A stretch of DNA of 16,524 nt from Pseudomonadota bacterium (lineage in GTDB: Bacteria; Bdellovibrionota; FAC87; UBA2466). The notes under the pieces were generated by a model. That model did no database searches. It had not been told where the DNA came from and was given only the letters and a program-made list of their open reading frames with translations. Position 1 is the first letter of the stretch. The number at the start of each line of letters is the position of its first letter. Below, piece by piece: positions 1 through 6,019 of this stretch. The DNA is taken from NCBI GenBank assembly GCA_043767805.1, contig JAYUGC010000040.1, positions 1-16,524 on the forward strand, in the 5' to 3' direction. The position numbers and the translations under genes are program-made.

Positions 1-429
1 GGCGAACGTTCTTCCATTGATCTTCTGGCCACCAAGGACGAAGTGCTCTCTCACGAGACGACTTCGTTTTTGAGGGAGCTGAACCAGCAGTTCGATTACC
101 TCGTTAAGCTCTTCGACCTTCGCGTGAATCAGGAATCGCTCAAGATCAAAATTCAGAAGCACGACGAAATTCTGGACGGGTTTTCCCTGTTCCGGAACGA
201 GCTTCGTCTCTTGGTGGCCAAGCCCAGGCTAGGGGTGGTCCAGATCACTTGTGATACGAAAGTTACCGGCGCGACCCGTCCCTCCGTCATGTTTTCTGGA
301 GTGGTGGAAGCGAAGTTCGGTACGTTTCACGATGTGGAATGGCACTTCCTGGGCTCGCAGGTGACCGCGGAGCAAGTCGCTCGGCATTACCTGACCGAGT
401 TCATTCAAGTGAGCCGGTCGTCCAACTAG
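1..429 (+). CDS. Hypothetical protein, probably 5'-truncated by the window edge
   Basis: Frame 1 is open from base 1 (GERSSIDLLATKDEVLSHE...) to TAG at 427-429, so the GTG at 43 may not be the true start. The composition is globular. Motifs FSLFRNE and EAKFGTFHDVEW...VARHYLTEFI recall, from memory only, a conserved Bdellovibrionota hypothetical family. Confidence 0.7.
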   Translation, partial: GERSSIDLLATKDEVLSHETTSFLRELNQQFDYLVKLFDLRVNQESLKIKIQKHDEILDGFSLFRNELRLLVAKPRLGVVQITCDTKVTGATRPSVMFSGVVEAKFGTFHDVEWHFLGSQVTAEQVARHYLTEFIQVSRSSN

Positions 430-439
430 AGGCCCTCTG

Positions 440-1864
440 TTAGAGAATGGGAGAGAGAAGCCGGCAGGCGTTCTCTACGATCCTTTTTCTTATGGAACGG
501 CGGGCGAACACGGCCGGCAAGACGGGTTGGGAATTTTCCTGATCTAGCCGGAATAGGTTTGCCGCGTCCGCGGCGAGCCGGTCGCCGAACATGAGAAGGT
601 TGAGCTCGAAGTTCAGGCGAAAGCTTCTCGTGTCCATGTTTGCGGAGCCGAACATGCTCCATTTGCCGTCGATGCACATGACCTTCGCATGCAAGATCGT
701 GGGCTGGTACTCGTGGATGGACACGCCCGCGGCGAGTACATCGTCGTAAAAAGAGCGCGAGGCCCATTGAACGAGGGGCGCGTCGCTTTTCGCGGGAAGT
801 AGCAGCTGCACCTTCACCCCTCTCAAGGCCGCTACCATCAAGGCGGAGTTCACTGCCGGGTCCGGGATGAAGTAGGGCGTGGTCAGTAGGATCTCGTGCT
901 CGGCCGAGTTCAGGGCGAGAAAGAGCATCTGATGGAAGACGTGAAAGCGCGTGTCGGGACCGCTCTCGATGACCTGTACCACCGTGGAGCCATAGCTCTT
1001 CGGCTTTGGAAAGTACTTGTCCTGGAAGAGGTCTTCTTCGGTCGTAAATAGCCAGTCCTTCGCGAAGACTTCCTGGAGCTGAACGCAGACGGGACCTCGC
1101 ACGCGGATTAGGTAGTCGCGCCATTGCTTGCGGTACGGTCTTCCCAAGTACTCCTTGCCGATATTGGCGCCTCCCGTGAAAGCCACCTCTCCGTCAACCA
1201 CGAGAATCTTGCGGTGGTTTCTAAAGTGCGGGTTGATGCGATCGGGAGAAAGGGAGAAGGGGAGAAAGGCCGCGATCTGGGCGCCGGCTTTTTCGAGAGG
1301 GCGAAGCGAGAAGCGTTTTAGAAAAAGAGAGCCGAACGAATCATAAAGGATTCGCACTTCCACGCCGCGAAGCGCGGCCGCGGTTAGATCGCTGAAAAGG
1401 TCGCGCGTCACCTCGTCGGTGGCGATGATGTAAAACTCGAGGTGGATGAAGCTTTTTGCGGCGCGAATGGCTTCCCTCATGGCGTGGAGGCCTTCGGCGG
1501 GATTGGGCAAGATCTCGACCTCGTTGCCCCCCGTCGCCGGATAATCGGAAATCTGAGAGGCCAGGCGCACCATCCTGTTTTCCAGATCGGAGAGCTCGGG
1601 TGTGTCCTTGGCCTCGGTTCTCTTCGACTTGATCTCGTTGCCATGGGCTTCCTGCAAGCGGCGTTTCCGCTTACTTGCCTTACGCTCGAGCCGCTGAGGC
1701 CCGAAGACCAAAAAAGTGAGCGGGCCGCCGTAAGGAAAAAGCGAAACGTAAAAAAGCCAGGCGAGGGTGGAAGTCGGGTCGCGTTTATTGAGCAGGAGCA
1801 GCGCCACGGCCCAAATCCAGAGACCGAAACCCAGTACGATGATGGCGATGTTGAAGGTGTTCAT
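440..1864 (-). CDS. cls: Cardiolipin synthase (phospholipase D family, ClsA-type)
   Basis: 474 aa. Two N-terminal TM helices with the PLDc_N-like segment RDPTSTLAWLFYVSLFPYGGPLTFLVFG. Two HKD motifs: RNHRKILVVDG...FTGGANIG and LHAKVMCIDG...GSANMDTRSFRLNFE. Also TTPYFIPD. Confidence 0.95.
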   Translation of the reverse strand: MNTFNIAIIVLGFGLWIWAVALLLLNKRDPTSTLAWLFYVSLFPYGGPLTFLVFGPQRLERKASKRKRRLQEAHGNEIKSKRTEAKDTPELSDLENRMVRLASQISDYPATGGNEVEILPNPAEGLHAMREAIRAAKSFIHLEFYIIATDEVTRDLFSDLTAAALRGVEVRILYDSFGSLFLKRFSLRPLEKAGAQIAAFLPFSLSPDRINPHFRNHRKILVVDGEVAFTGGANIGKEYLGRPYRKQWRDYLIRVRGPVCVQLQEVFAKDWLFTTEEDLFQDKYFPKPKSYGSTVVQVIESGPDTRFHVFHQMLFLALNSAEHEILLTTPYFIPDPAVNSALMVAALRGVKVQLLLPAKSDAPLVQWASRSFYDDVLAAGVSIHEYQPTILHAKVMCIDGKWSMFGSANMDTRSFRLNFELNLLMFGDRLAADAANLFRLDQENSQPVLPAVFARRSIRKRIVENACRLLSPIL

Positions 1865-1876
1865 CCGGCTGATGGC

Positions 1877-1905
1877 ACTCTAATGGGTCGGTTGGGCTAG
1901 GTAAA
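1877..1905 (-). promoter_or_regulatory. Candidate sigma-70 promoter for cls
   Basis: The minus strand reads TTTACC-N17-TAGAGT, ending 12 nt before the cls ATG. No Shine-Dalgarno is visible, consistent with a very short leader. Confidence 0.35.
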
Positions 1906-1913
1906 GGAACGGA

Positions 1914-1932
1914 CCGGGAAACGGTCTCCCGG
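1914..1932. promoter_or_regulatory. Inverted repeat, candidate activator (bEBP) binding site
   Basis: CCGGGA-N7-TCCCGG in the cls/flp divergent intergenic region, about 80 bp upstream of the predicted sigma-54 start site. Confidence 0.35.
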
Positions 1933-1975
1933 AGTGGTTTTCAGGCCTTCCCTCAAGGCGCGGGTGCCCGCTTCT

Positions 1976-1992
1976 CTGGCACGGCTCTGGCA
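1976..1992 (+). promoter_or_regulatory. Sigma-54 (RpoN) -24/-12 promoter of the flp operon
   Basis: CTGGCACG-GCTC-TGGCA versus the consensus YTGGCACG-N4-TTGCW: one mismatch, with invariant GG (1978-79) and GC (1990-91) correctly spaced. Followed by RBS AAGGAG at 2008-2013. Confidence 0.7.
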
Positions 1993-2016
1993 ACCTCGGA
2001 CCTTCCCAAGGAGTGC

Positions 2017-2250
2017 ATGATGCAAAAAGAAAGCGGTCAGGGTCTCGTCGAATACCTCATTCTCACCTGCCTAGTCTCGGTGGCGGCCATTGCTGTGGTC
2101 GGTACGGTCGGAAAGAACTTGCGGGAGCAATACGGAAATATTTCCGCTGCCCTTCGTAACGGAAAAACCGTGAAGCTCTCCGCGCCGGACGCCGGCGCGT
2201 GGGAGGCGAGAGGCATGGATGACTTCAATGAAAGCGCGCGCACGCGCTAG
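2017..2250 (+). CDS. flp: Flp-family type IVb/IVc (Tad) pilin
   Basis: Class III signal SG|QGLVEY with E+5/Y+6 (Flp motif), then the hydrophobic helix LILTCLVSVAAIAVV. RBS AAGGAG at 2008-2013; its spacing favours the second ATG at 2020. Confidence 0.9.
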   Translation: MMQKESGQGLVEYLILTCLVSVAAIAVVGTVGKNLREQYGNISAALRNGKTVKLSAPDAGAWEARGMDDFNESARTR

Positions 2251-2596
2251 GCAACGCGGCTCGCTTTTACTTGAAGGCGTGCTCGCGCTCTTTCCCTTGG
2301 CTTTGGCGCTGGCGATCAATCTTGAAGTGCTCATTCGGGCAAGGCGCCAAGCCGTTACCGCCTGGGCCACTTGCCAGTTTGTGAGAGACCGAGCGCTTGG
2401 TCTCTCGTGGGCCGAGAGCGAGCGAAAGGCGTGGGGGAGCGTGCACCGCGCGCTCGCAACGGACGAAGTCCGCTGGGAAGAGACCAGGACGGCGGATGGC
2501 TTGTCCCTGCGAGGGCATTGGAGTTACGCCGCCTTGTGGAAGCAGCCGGGTAAATCTCATTTCGAGGTAAACGAATTATGTCGCTTCCCCTTTTAG
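2219..2596 (+). CDS. TadE-like minor pilin/pseudopilin
   Basis: Basic leader, then RG|SLLLE (E+5), a hydrophobic helix (GVLALFPLALALAI) and an ARRQA...FVRDRALG segment typical of TadE-like proteins. Overlaps flp. Start is 2219 or 2228. Confidence 0.7.
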   Translation: MTSMKARARARQRGSLLLEGVLALFPLALALAINLEVLIRARRQAVTAWATCQFVRDRALGLSWAESERKAWGSVHRALATDEVRWEETRTADGLSLRGHWSYAALWKQPGKSHFEVNELCRFPF

Positions 2597-3186
2597 CGGT
2601 GCTCGCCATTCCCCTTTTTCTGGGACCTTGGACGACCCACCGGACTTATGAGCGCGTGGAAGCTCGCCTGAAATCCGCGATTGCCACCGACAACGCGAGC
2701 ATCGTGGTGGGTCGCGCGGGACGAGAAGCCTTAGAGGCTTGGCGCCACATGGAGATGGCTCTTGAAATCGCGGAGCCCCTACACCATGTGGCTCATCTCT
2801 GCGCTCGCACGCCGGGCCCGAACGTCGCCGCGTGTGCGGCTCAGGACGAGGCGTGGGAAGCGCTCTGGGAAACCCGCCTCACTCTTTTAGAGACGACCAC
2901 TCGGGCGGCATGGAAAGGCGCCGAGGTGTTGGCCCACGTGGAAGGGGCTCGGTTGGGAGTGGCCCTTGCGCTAGCTAATTATAATGACGCGCCTCCCGTG
3001 ACTCGACACTCGTGTCCGATTTGCGGCGGCAAATTTCAGATCGTTTGGACGGACCCTCCTCGGCCGAGAATTAGCGCGGATCTCGAGTCGACGCGGTTGC
3101 AATGGGTGAAGCGCGCCAGTGGGGAGTGGCAATACCGGCTCGCGGGAGGCGGGAATGAAATCGAATCGCGGCATGGTTCTCTTTGA
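2578..3186 (+). CDS. Hypothetical pilus-associated membrane-anchored protein (TadG/minor-pilin-like position)
   Basis: 202 aa. N-terminal hydrophobic segment (LPLLAVLAIPLFLG), a long helical region and four Cys including CPIC. RBS GAGGT at 2564-2568. Overlaps both neighbours in the pilin operon. Confidence 0.65.
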   Translation: MSLPLLAVLAIPLFLGPWTTHRTYERVEARLKSAIATDNASIVVGRAGREALEAWRHMEMALEIAEPLHHVAHLCARTPGPNVAACAAQDEAWEALWETRLTLLETTTRAAWKGAEVLAHVEGARLGVALALANYNDAPPVTRHSCPICGGKFQIVWTDPPRPRISADLESTRLQWVKRASGEWQYRLAGGGNEIESRHGSL

Positions 3187-3325
3187 GACGGTGCTCGCTC
3201 TTTTTTTACTAAGCGGCGTTCTATTTGCCTGGCACGTGCGTATCGCGCGAGGTTGGCGTGAGCGGTTGTCGGCGTGGGAAGGGCGAAGGCTGCGCTATGA
3301 CGGAGAAGTTTTATGGAAGCCTTGA
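3155..3325 (+). CDS. Small prepilin-type (minor pilin) protein, 56 aa
   Basis: MKSNRG|MVLFETVLALFLLSGVLFAW: class III cleavage motif with E+5 and a TM helix. RBS GGGAGG at 3144-3149 precedes ATG 3155, which is in frame within the listed ORF 3119..3325. Confidence 0.75.
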   Translation: MKSNRGMVLFETVLALFLLSGVLFAWHVRIARGWRERLSAWEGRRLRYDGEVLWKP

Positions 3326-4032
3326 AAAAATGGGGACGAGCGCCGCGGGTAAAAGCCTGGGGTCCGCTTTTGGTTGCGGTTGGCGTCGGCGTCGCGGTGT
3401 TTTGGGAAGTGCGCGCGGGGCTCGCGGCCCGGGCGCGCGGCCTTTCCGATCCGCGCTATCTGGTGGCCGCCCGAGATTTGAGCGCGGGGCTGCCGGTCTC
3501 GTTTTCGGATTTGAGTTTTCGATTCGCGGGCGATGAGCCTGTTCCCTCGGGGGCGGTCACCGATCAAGAATTGGCGCTGCTCGCGGACTCCGTTTGGAAA
3601 GCGGCTTTGCCGAAAGGCGGGTGGGTGACTTGGGCGGTTCTCGCCGCGGCTCGAGATTCGGGGTTGGGCGCTTCGACCCCAAAAGGAATGCGGGCCCACG
3701 GGATCGAGCTTGCGAGCGGTCCTCCGGTCTTTCCCAAAGATCGCATCGACGTGTTCTGGCGCTCCCGTGATCCCGCCGCGGCGCCGTCTCTCGTGGTGGA
3801 AGCGGCGCAAGTTTTGAGAGTGAGGCGCGAGGGATCCAGTCAAAGCGTGGTGCTTGCCGTTTACCCGGATGACATCCCGGTCCTGGAAAAGGCCGCTGGG
3901 AACGGTACACTTTCTCTGTCGGTGCGAAATCCCGAGGAGACCGCCTCGCGTTCCTCGCGGTCCCGGCGGCATGCCCCATCTCGCGGCAGCCTATCCCCAA
4001 GGAGAGTTGAAATTTGGACCGACAAAGCATGA
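3313..4032 (+). CDS. cpaB: Flp pilus assembly protein CpaB/RcpC
   Basis: N-terminal TM helix, SAF domain (YLVAARDLSAG...SDL) and RcpC domain (PKGMRAHGI...VFPKDRIDVF...VVEAAQVLRV...VVLAVYPDD...GTLSLSVRNPEE). Lies downstream of flp and the minor pilins. Confidence 0.88.
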   Translation: MEALKKWGRAPRVKAWGPLLVAVGVGVAVFWEVRAGLAARARGLSDPRYLVAARDLSAGLPVSFSDLSFRFAGDEPVPSGAVTDQELALLADSVWKAALPKGGWVTWAVLAAARDSGLGASTPKGMRAHGIELASGPPVFPKDRIDVFWRSRDPAAAPSLVVEAAQVLRVRREGSSQSVVLAVYPDDIPVLEKAAGNGTLSLSVRNPEETASRSSRSRRHAPSRGSLSPRRVEIWTDKA

Positions 4033-5222
4033 GACGACGGTGGTTTGTCTGGTTGGTCCTCGTGTCCTACGGAGGAACCGCCCTGGGAGCGCCACTCAGT
4101 CCCGATATCGGCTTGTTCCGTTTGGGCCTCGCTCAAGGGGAAGACAGCCGGCGGGCGTTGGGCATTCTCGAAGCCCGCTTTCACCGCTGGCTCGAAAATC
4201 AGGGAGCCGGCGTTTCGGTTCAGCGAGTCGGCCTTTCGGTGAACCCCGAGCTTCTTGCCCAAGAACGAAGTCGCGCCGCGCTAATCAAAGAGGTCCAAAC
4301 TTTCGAAAGCGGCACCAGTGGCCGCAAAGGGACGCTCCTGAGCCGGCTCACTTTGCGGCGCGAGCAGGTCAAAGACCCGGCTAGCGCCGGACGTTGGGTC
4401 TCTCGGGCCCTTGCCTGGGAGTCTGTGGCCGCCTACCAGAGCGGTCATCTGGATTCGTCGCGTCAACTTTGGAATCAGGCCCTCGCTTTGACCCCAGATG
4501 GAGAATTTTCCGAATCCCCTTGGGCAGACGGCGCGCCCGCCGGTTGGAAGTCCATGGCCGACAAGCAGCTCTCCGGCATGCGACGAGATTGTCTGGTGCA
4601 GCTGCCCACGGGTGGCTCTCTCGAGACCGTGAATGGGTTTCTCCAACACGGCGCGAACGAAATCGCGCTCCCTTCGGGGAAAGATTTTTCGCTGCAGTGG
4701 TGGGACTCACGCCGGATTAAGCGGGAAAGCGCGGTTCATTGCCGGGGCGCGGGCCGGGTCGCGGTGAGTGAGTTCGCCGCGGAGTCCAGTCTCGGCGGGC
4801 TTGGGGACCGTTACCGAGTGGGAACTCTCGCCTTTATCGAGCCTGGCGGAGACGGGTTCCGGCTTTTTCTCTACACCCGGGGAGTGGGCCTCGATGAGAT
4901 TCCTTTGGAGAAAAAGCTGTCCGTGCGCGACGTGCTGACCGAGCCCATGGCCACGCAACTACCGGTGGATCAGGCTGGCTTCGGCAAGCTGAGAGAGTCC
5001 CATGGCTGGGGAAATTCCCTGAGGCTCGCCGGTCCCTGGATGGGTGGGGCGGAATCTTCCGTGGCGGCCGAAAAGGAAACGCCCCGATGGTATAATAGAT
5101 GGACCACTTGGGCCGTGGCGGGAGGCATCGTGACCGGCATTTTGGTCGCGGTTCTCGCTCACAAACCCCAATCCCAGGTACAAACCCAGGCCCATGGGGG
5201 CCTTAAATTCCCAATCGATTGA
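4029..5222 (+). CDS. Exported protein with TPR-like and PEGA-like segments and a C-terminal TM anchor (397 aa)
   Basis: ATG 4029 overlaps the cpaB stop (ATGA). Sec-type signal MRRRWFVWLVLVSYGGTALG-A. TPR-like segment VAAYQSGHLDSSRQLWNQALALTPD. Beta-rich PEGA-like segment CLVQLPTGGSLETVNG...IALPSGKDFSLQW. C-terminal PRWYNRWTTWAVAGGIVTGILVAVLA. Domain calls are by eye. Confidence 0.75.
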   Translation: MRRRWFVWLVLVSYGGTALGAPLSPDIGLFRLGLAQGEDSRRALGILEARFHRWLENQGAGVSVQRVGLSVNPELLAQERSRAALIKEVQTFESGTSGRKGTLLSRLTLRREQVKDPASAGRWVSRALAWESVAAYQSGHLDSSRQLWNQALALTPDGEFSESPWADGAPAGWKSMADKQLSGMRRDCLVQLPTGGSLETVNGFLQHGANEIALPSGKDFSLQWWDSRRIKRESAVHCRGAGRVAVSEFAAESSLGGLGDRYRVGTLAFIEPGGDGFRLFLYTRGVGLDEIPLEKKLSVRDVLTEPMATQLPVDQAGFGKLRESHGWGNSLRLAGPWMGGAESSVAAEKETPRWYNRWTTWAVAGGIVTGILVAVLAHKPQSQVQTQAHGGLKFPID

Positions 5223-5512
5223 TGTCTGACCCCCGAGGCAAATATCTCCTGCACCTGCTTTCGGGCTTTACGCGCCCGCAGATCCTGTTTTTCGTATGGT
5301 TTCTGATCTGCGGCTTTTTCGTGGCGCTCATCGCTTCCTTCTACCGGAAGGTGAACCGCCGCAATTTCCGGGATGAGGTCGATGGCCCAGGCCCCAAAGT
5401 CCGCGTGGATCCCAGAAAGCTTCCGGAAGCGACCGAGAACCGTGGCCTCACGGTGAAAAAAGGCGCGGTCGGGGTCAAGAACAGCTACCCCAAACAGCCG
5501 CCTCAATCTTAA
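5222..5512 (+). CDS. Hypothetical single-pass membrane protein (96 aa)
   Basis: ATG 5222 overlaps the upstream stop (TGATG). TM segment ILFFVWFLICGFFVALIASFY is followed by a basic, proline-rich tail. Confidence 0.65.
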   Translation: MSDPRGKYLLHLLSGFTRPQILFFVWFLICGFFVALIASFYRKVNRRNFRDEVDGPGPKVRVDPRKLPEATENRGLTVKKGAVGVKNSYPKQPPQS

Positions 5513-5533
5513 AAGGTTAGTACCTTTTAAGAT
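5506..5533. repeat. Perfect 12-bp AT-rich inverted repeat (possible terminator or operator)
   Basis: ATCTTAAAAGGT-TAGT-ACCTTTTAAGAT, overlapping the stop of the last gene of the flp operon. Confidence 0.7.
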
Positions 5534-5573
5534 GACACTCGCCGTTCAAGCGAAGCTTGAACGCTGAATGTCA
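5533..5573. terminator. Hairpin between convergent genes, likely terminator or RNA-stabilising stem
   Basis: Perfect core CGTTCAAGC-GAA-GCTTGAACG (5543-5563), extended imperfectly to TGACA...TGTCA. It lies immediately after the FYDLN gene stop. On the minus strand there is no strong U-tract. Confidence 0.5.
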
Positions 5574-5936
5574 CTATTCGTCGTCGTCTTTGTCGTCGTC
5601 GACTTCGAGGTCTTCGAGGGACGTTTCGGGAGCGTCGTCCAGATCGTCCAGGGCTTCGGTTGCGGCGACGGCCGGAATGTCGGGCTCTTCCACTTCCACC
5701 GGCTTTGCTTTGGCTTTTTTGCCCGACGGAGCGAGCGAGGCCAAAAAGGCCTGCTGCAAGTCCTTGAAGTTAATCATCGCGCTACACTTCGGGCACTTAC
5801 CCTCTTCCTTGCCGAAGTCGTAAAACTTCGTGGCGCATTTGGGACAAGCCCATTTGCTCCCCAAGGTTACGGGTTTCTTCGGAGCGGGTGTGGTGTCTTC
5901 GGTGGTTTTAGCTTTTGTTTTGCTTTTCGGAGTCAT
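5574..5936 (-). CDS. FYDLN_acid / TIGR02300-family zinc-ribbon protein
   Basis: [27 protein letters not shown] (two CxxC flanking an FYD motif) and a very acidic C-terminal tail. RBS GAGGGA upstream. Confidence 0.85.
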   Translation of the reverse strand: MTPKSKTKAKTTEDTTPAPKKPVTLGSKWACPKCATKFYDFGKEEGKCPKCSAMINFKDLQQAFLASLAPSGKKAKAKPVEVEEPDIPAVAATEALDDLDDAPETSLEDLEVDDDKDDDE

Positions 5937-6019
5937 TGGAATCCCTCAGACGGAAGGGCAGAGAAGTTCAAAATCGGCCCACAATTAATGATATTCGATT
6001 CCGCCGTCAAGTAAGAGCG

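Noticed and set aside
426..1124. 232-aa alternative-frame ORF inside cls
   Set aside because: Arg/Pro/Gly-rich off-frame translation that almost entirely overlaps an intact cls.
1872..1898. ATGGCACTC as a CIRCE half-site or second sigma-54 box upstream of cls
   Set aside because: There is no matching GAGTGCTAA arm at N9 and no GC at the -12 position.
3295..3972. 225-aa antisense ORF, and other nested ORFs across cpaB
   Set aside because: cpaB explains the region, and the alternatives are Arg-rich with no motifs.
4029..5222. Calling the gene after cpaB the secretin cpaC/rcpA
   Set aside because: No secretin C-terminal motifs are visible, and a C-terminal TM helix is inconsistent with a secretin.
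5577..5650. GTC/TCG trinucleotide-like repeats
   Set aside because: They encode the Asp/Glu-rich tail of the FYDLN protein and are not an independent repeat or CRISPR array.
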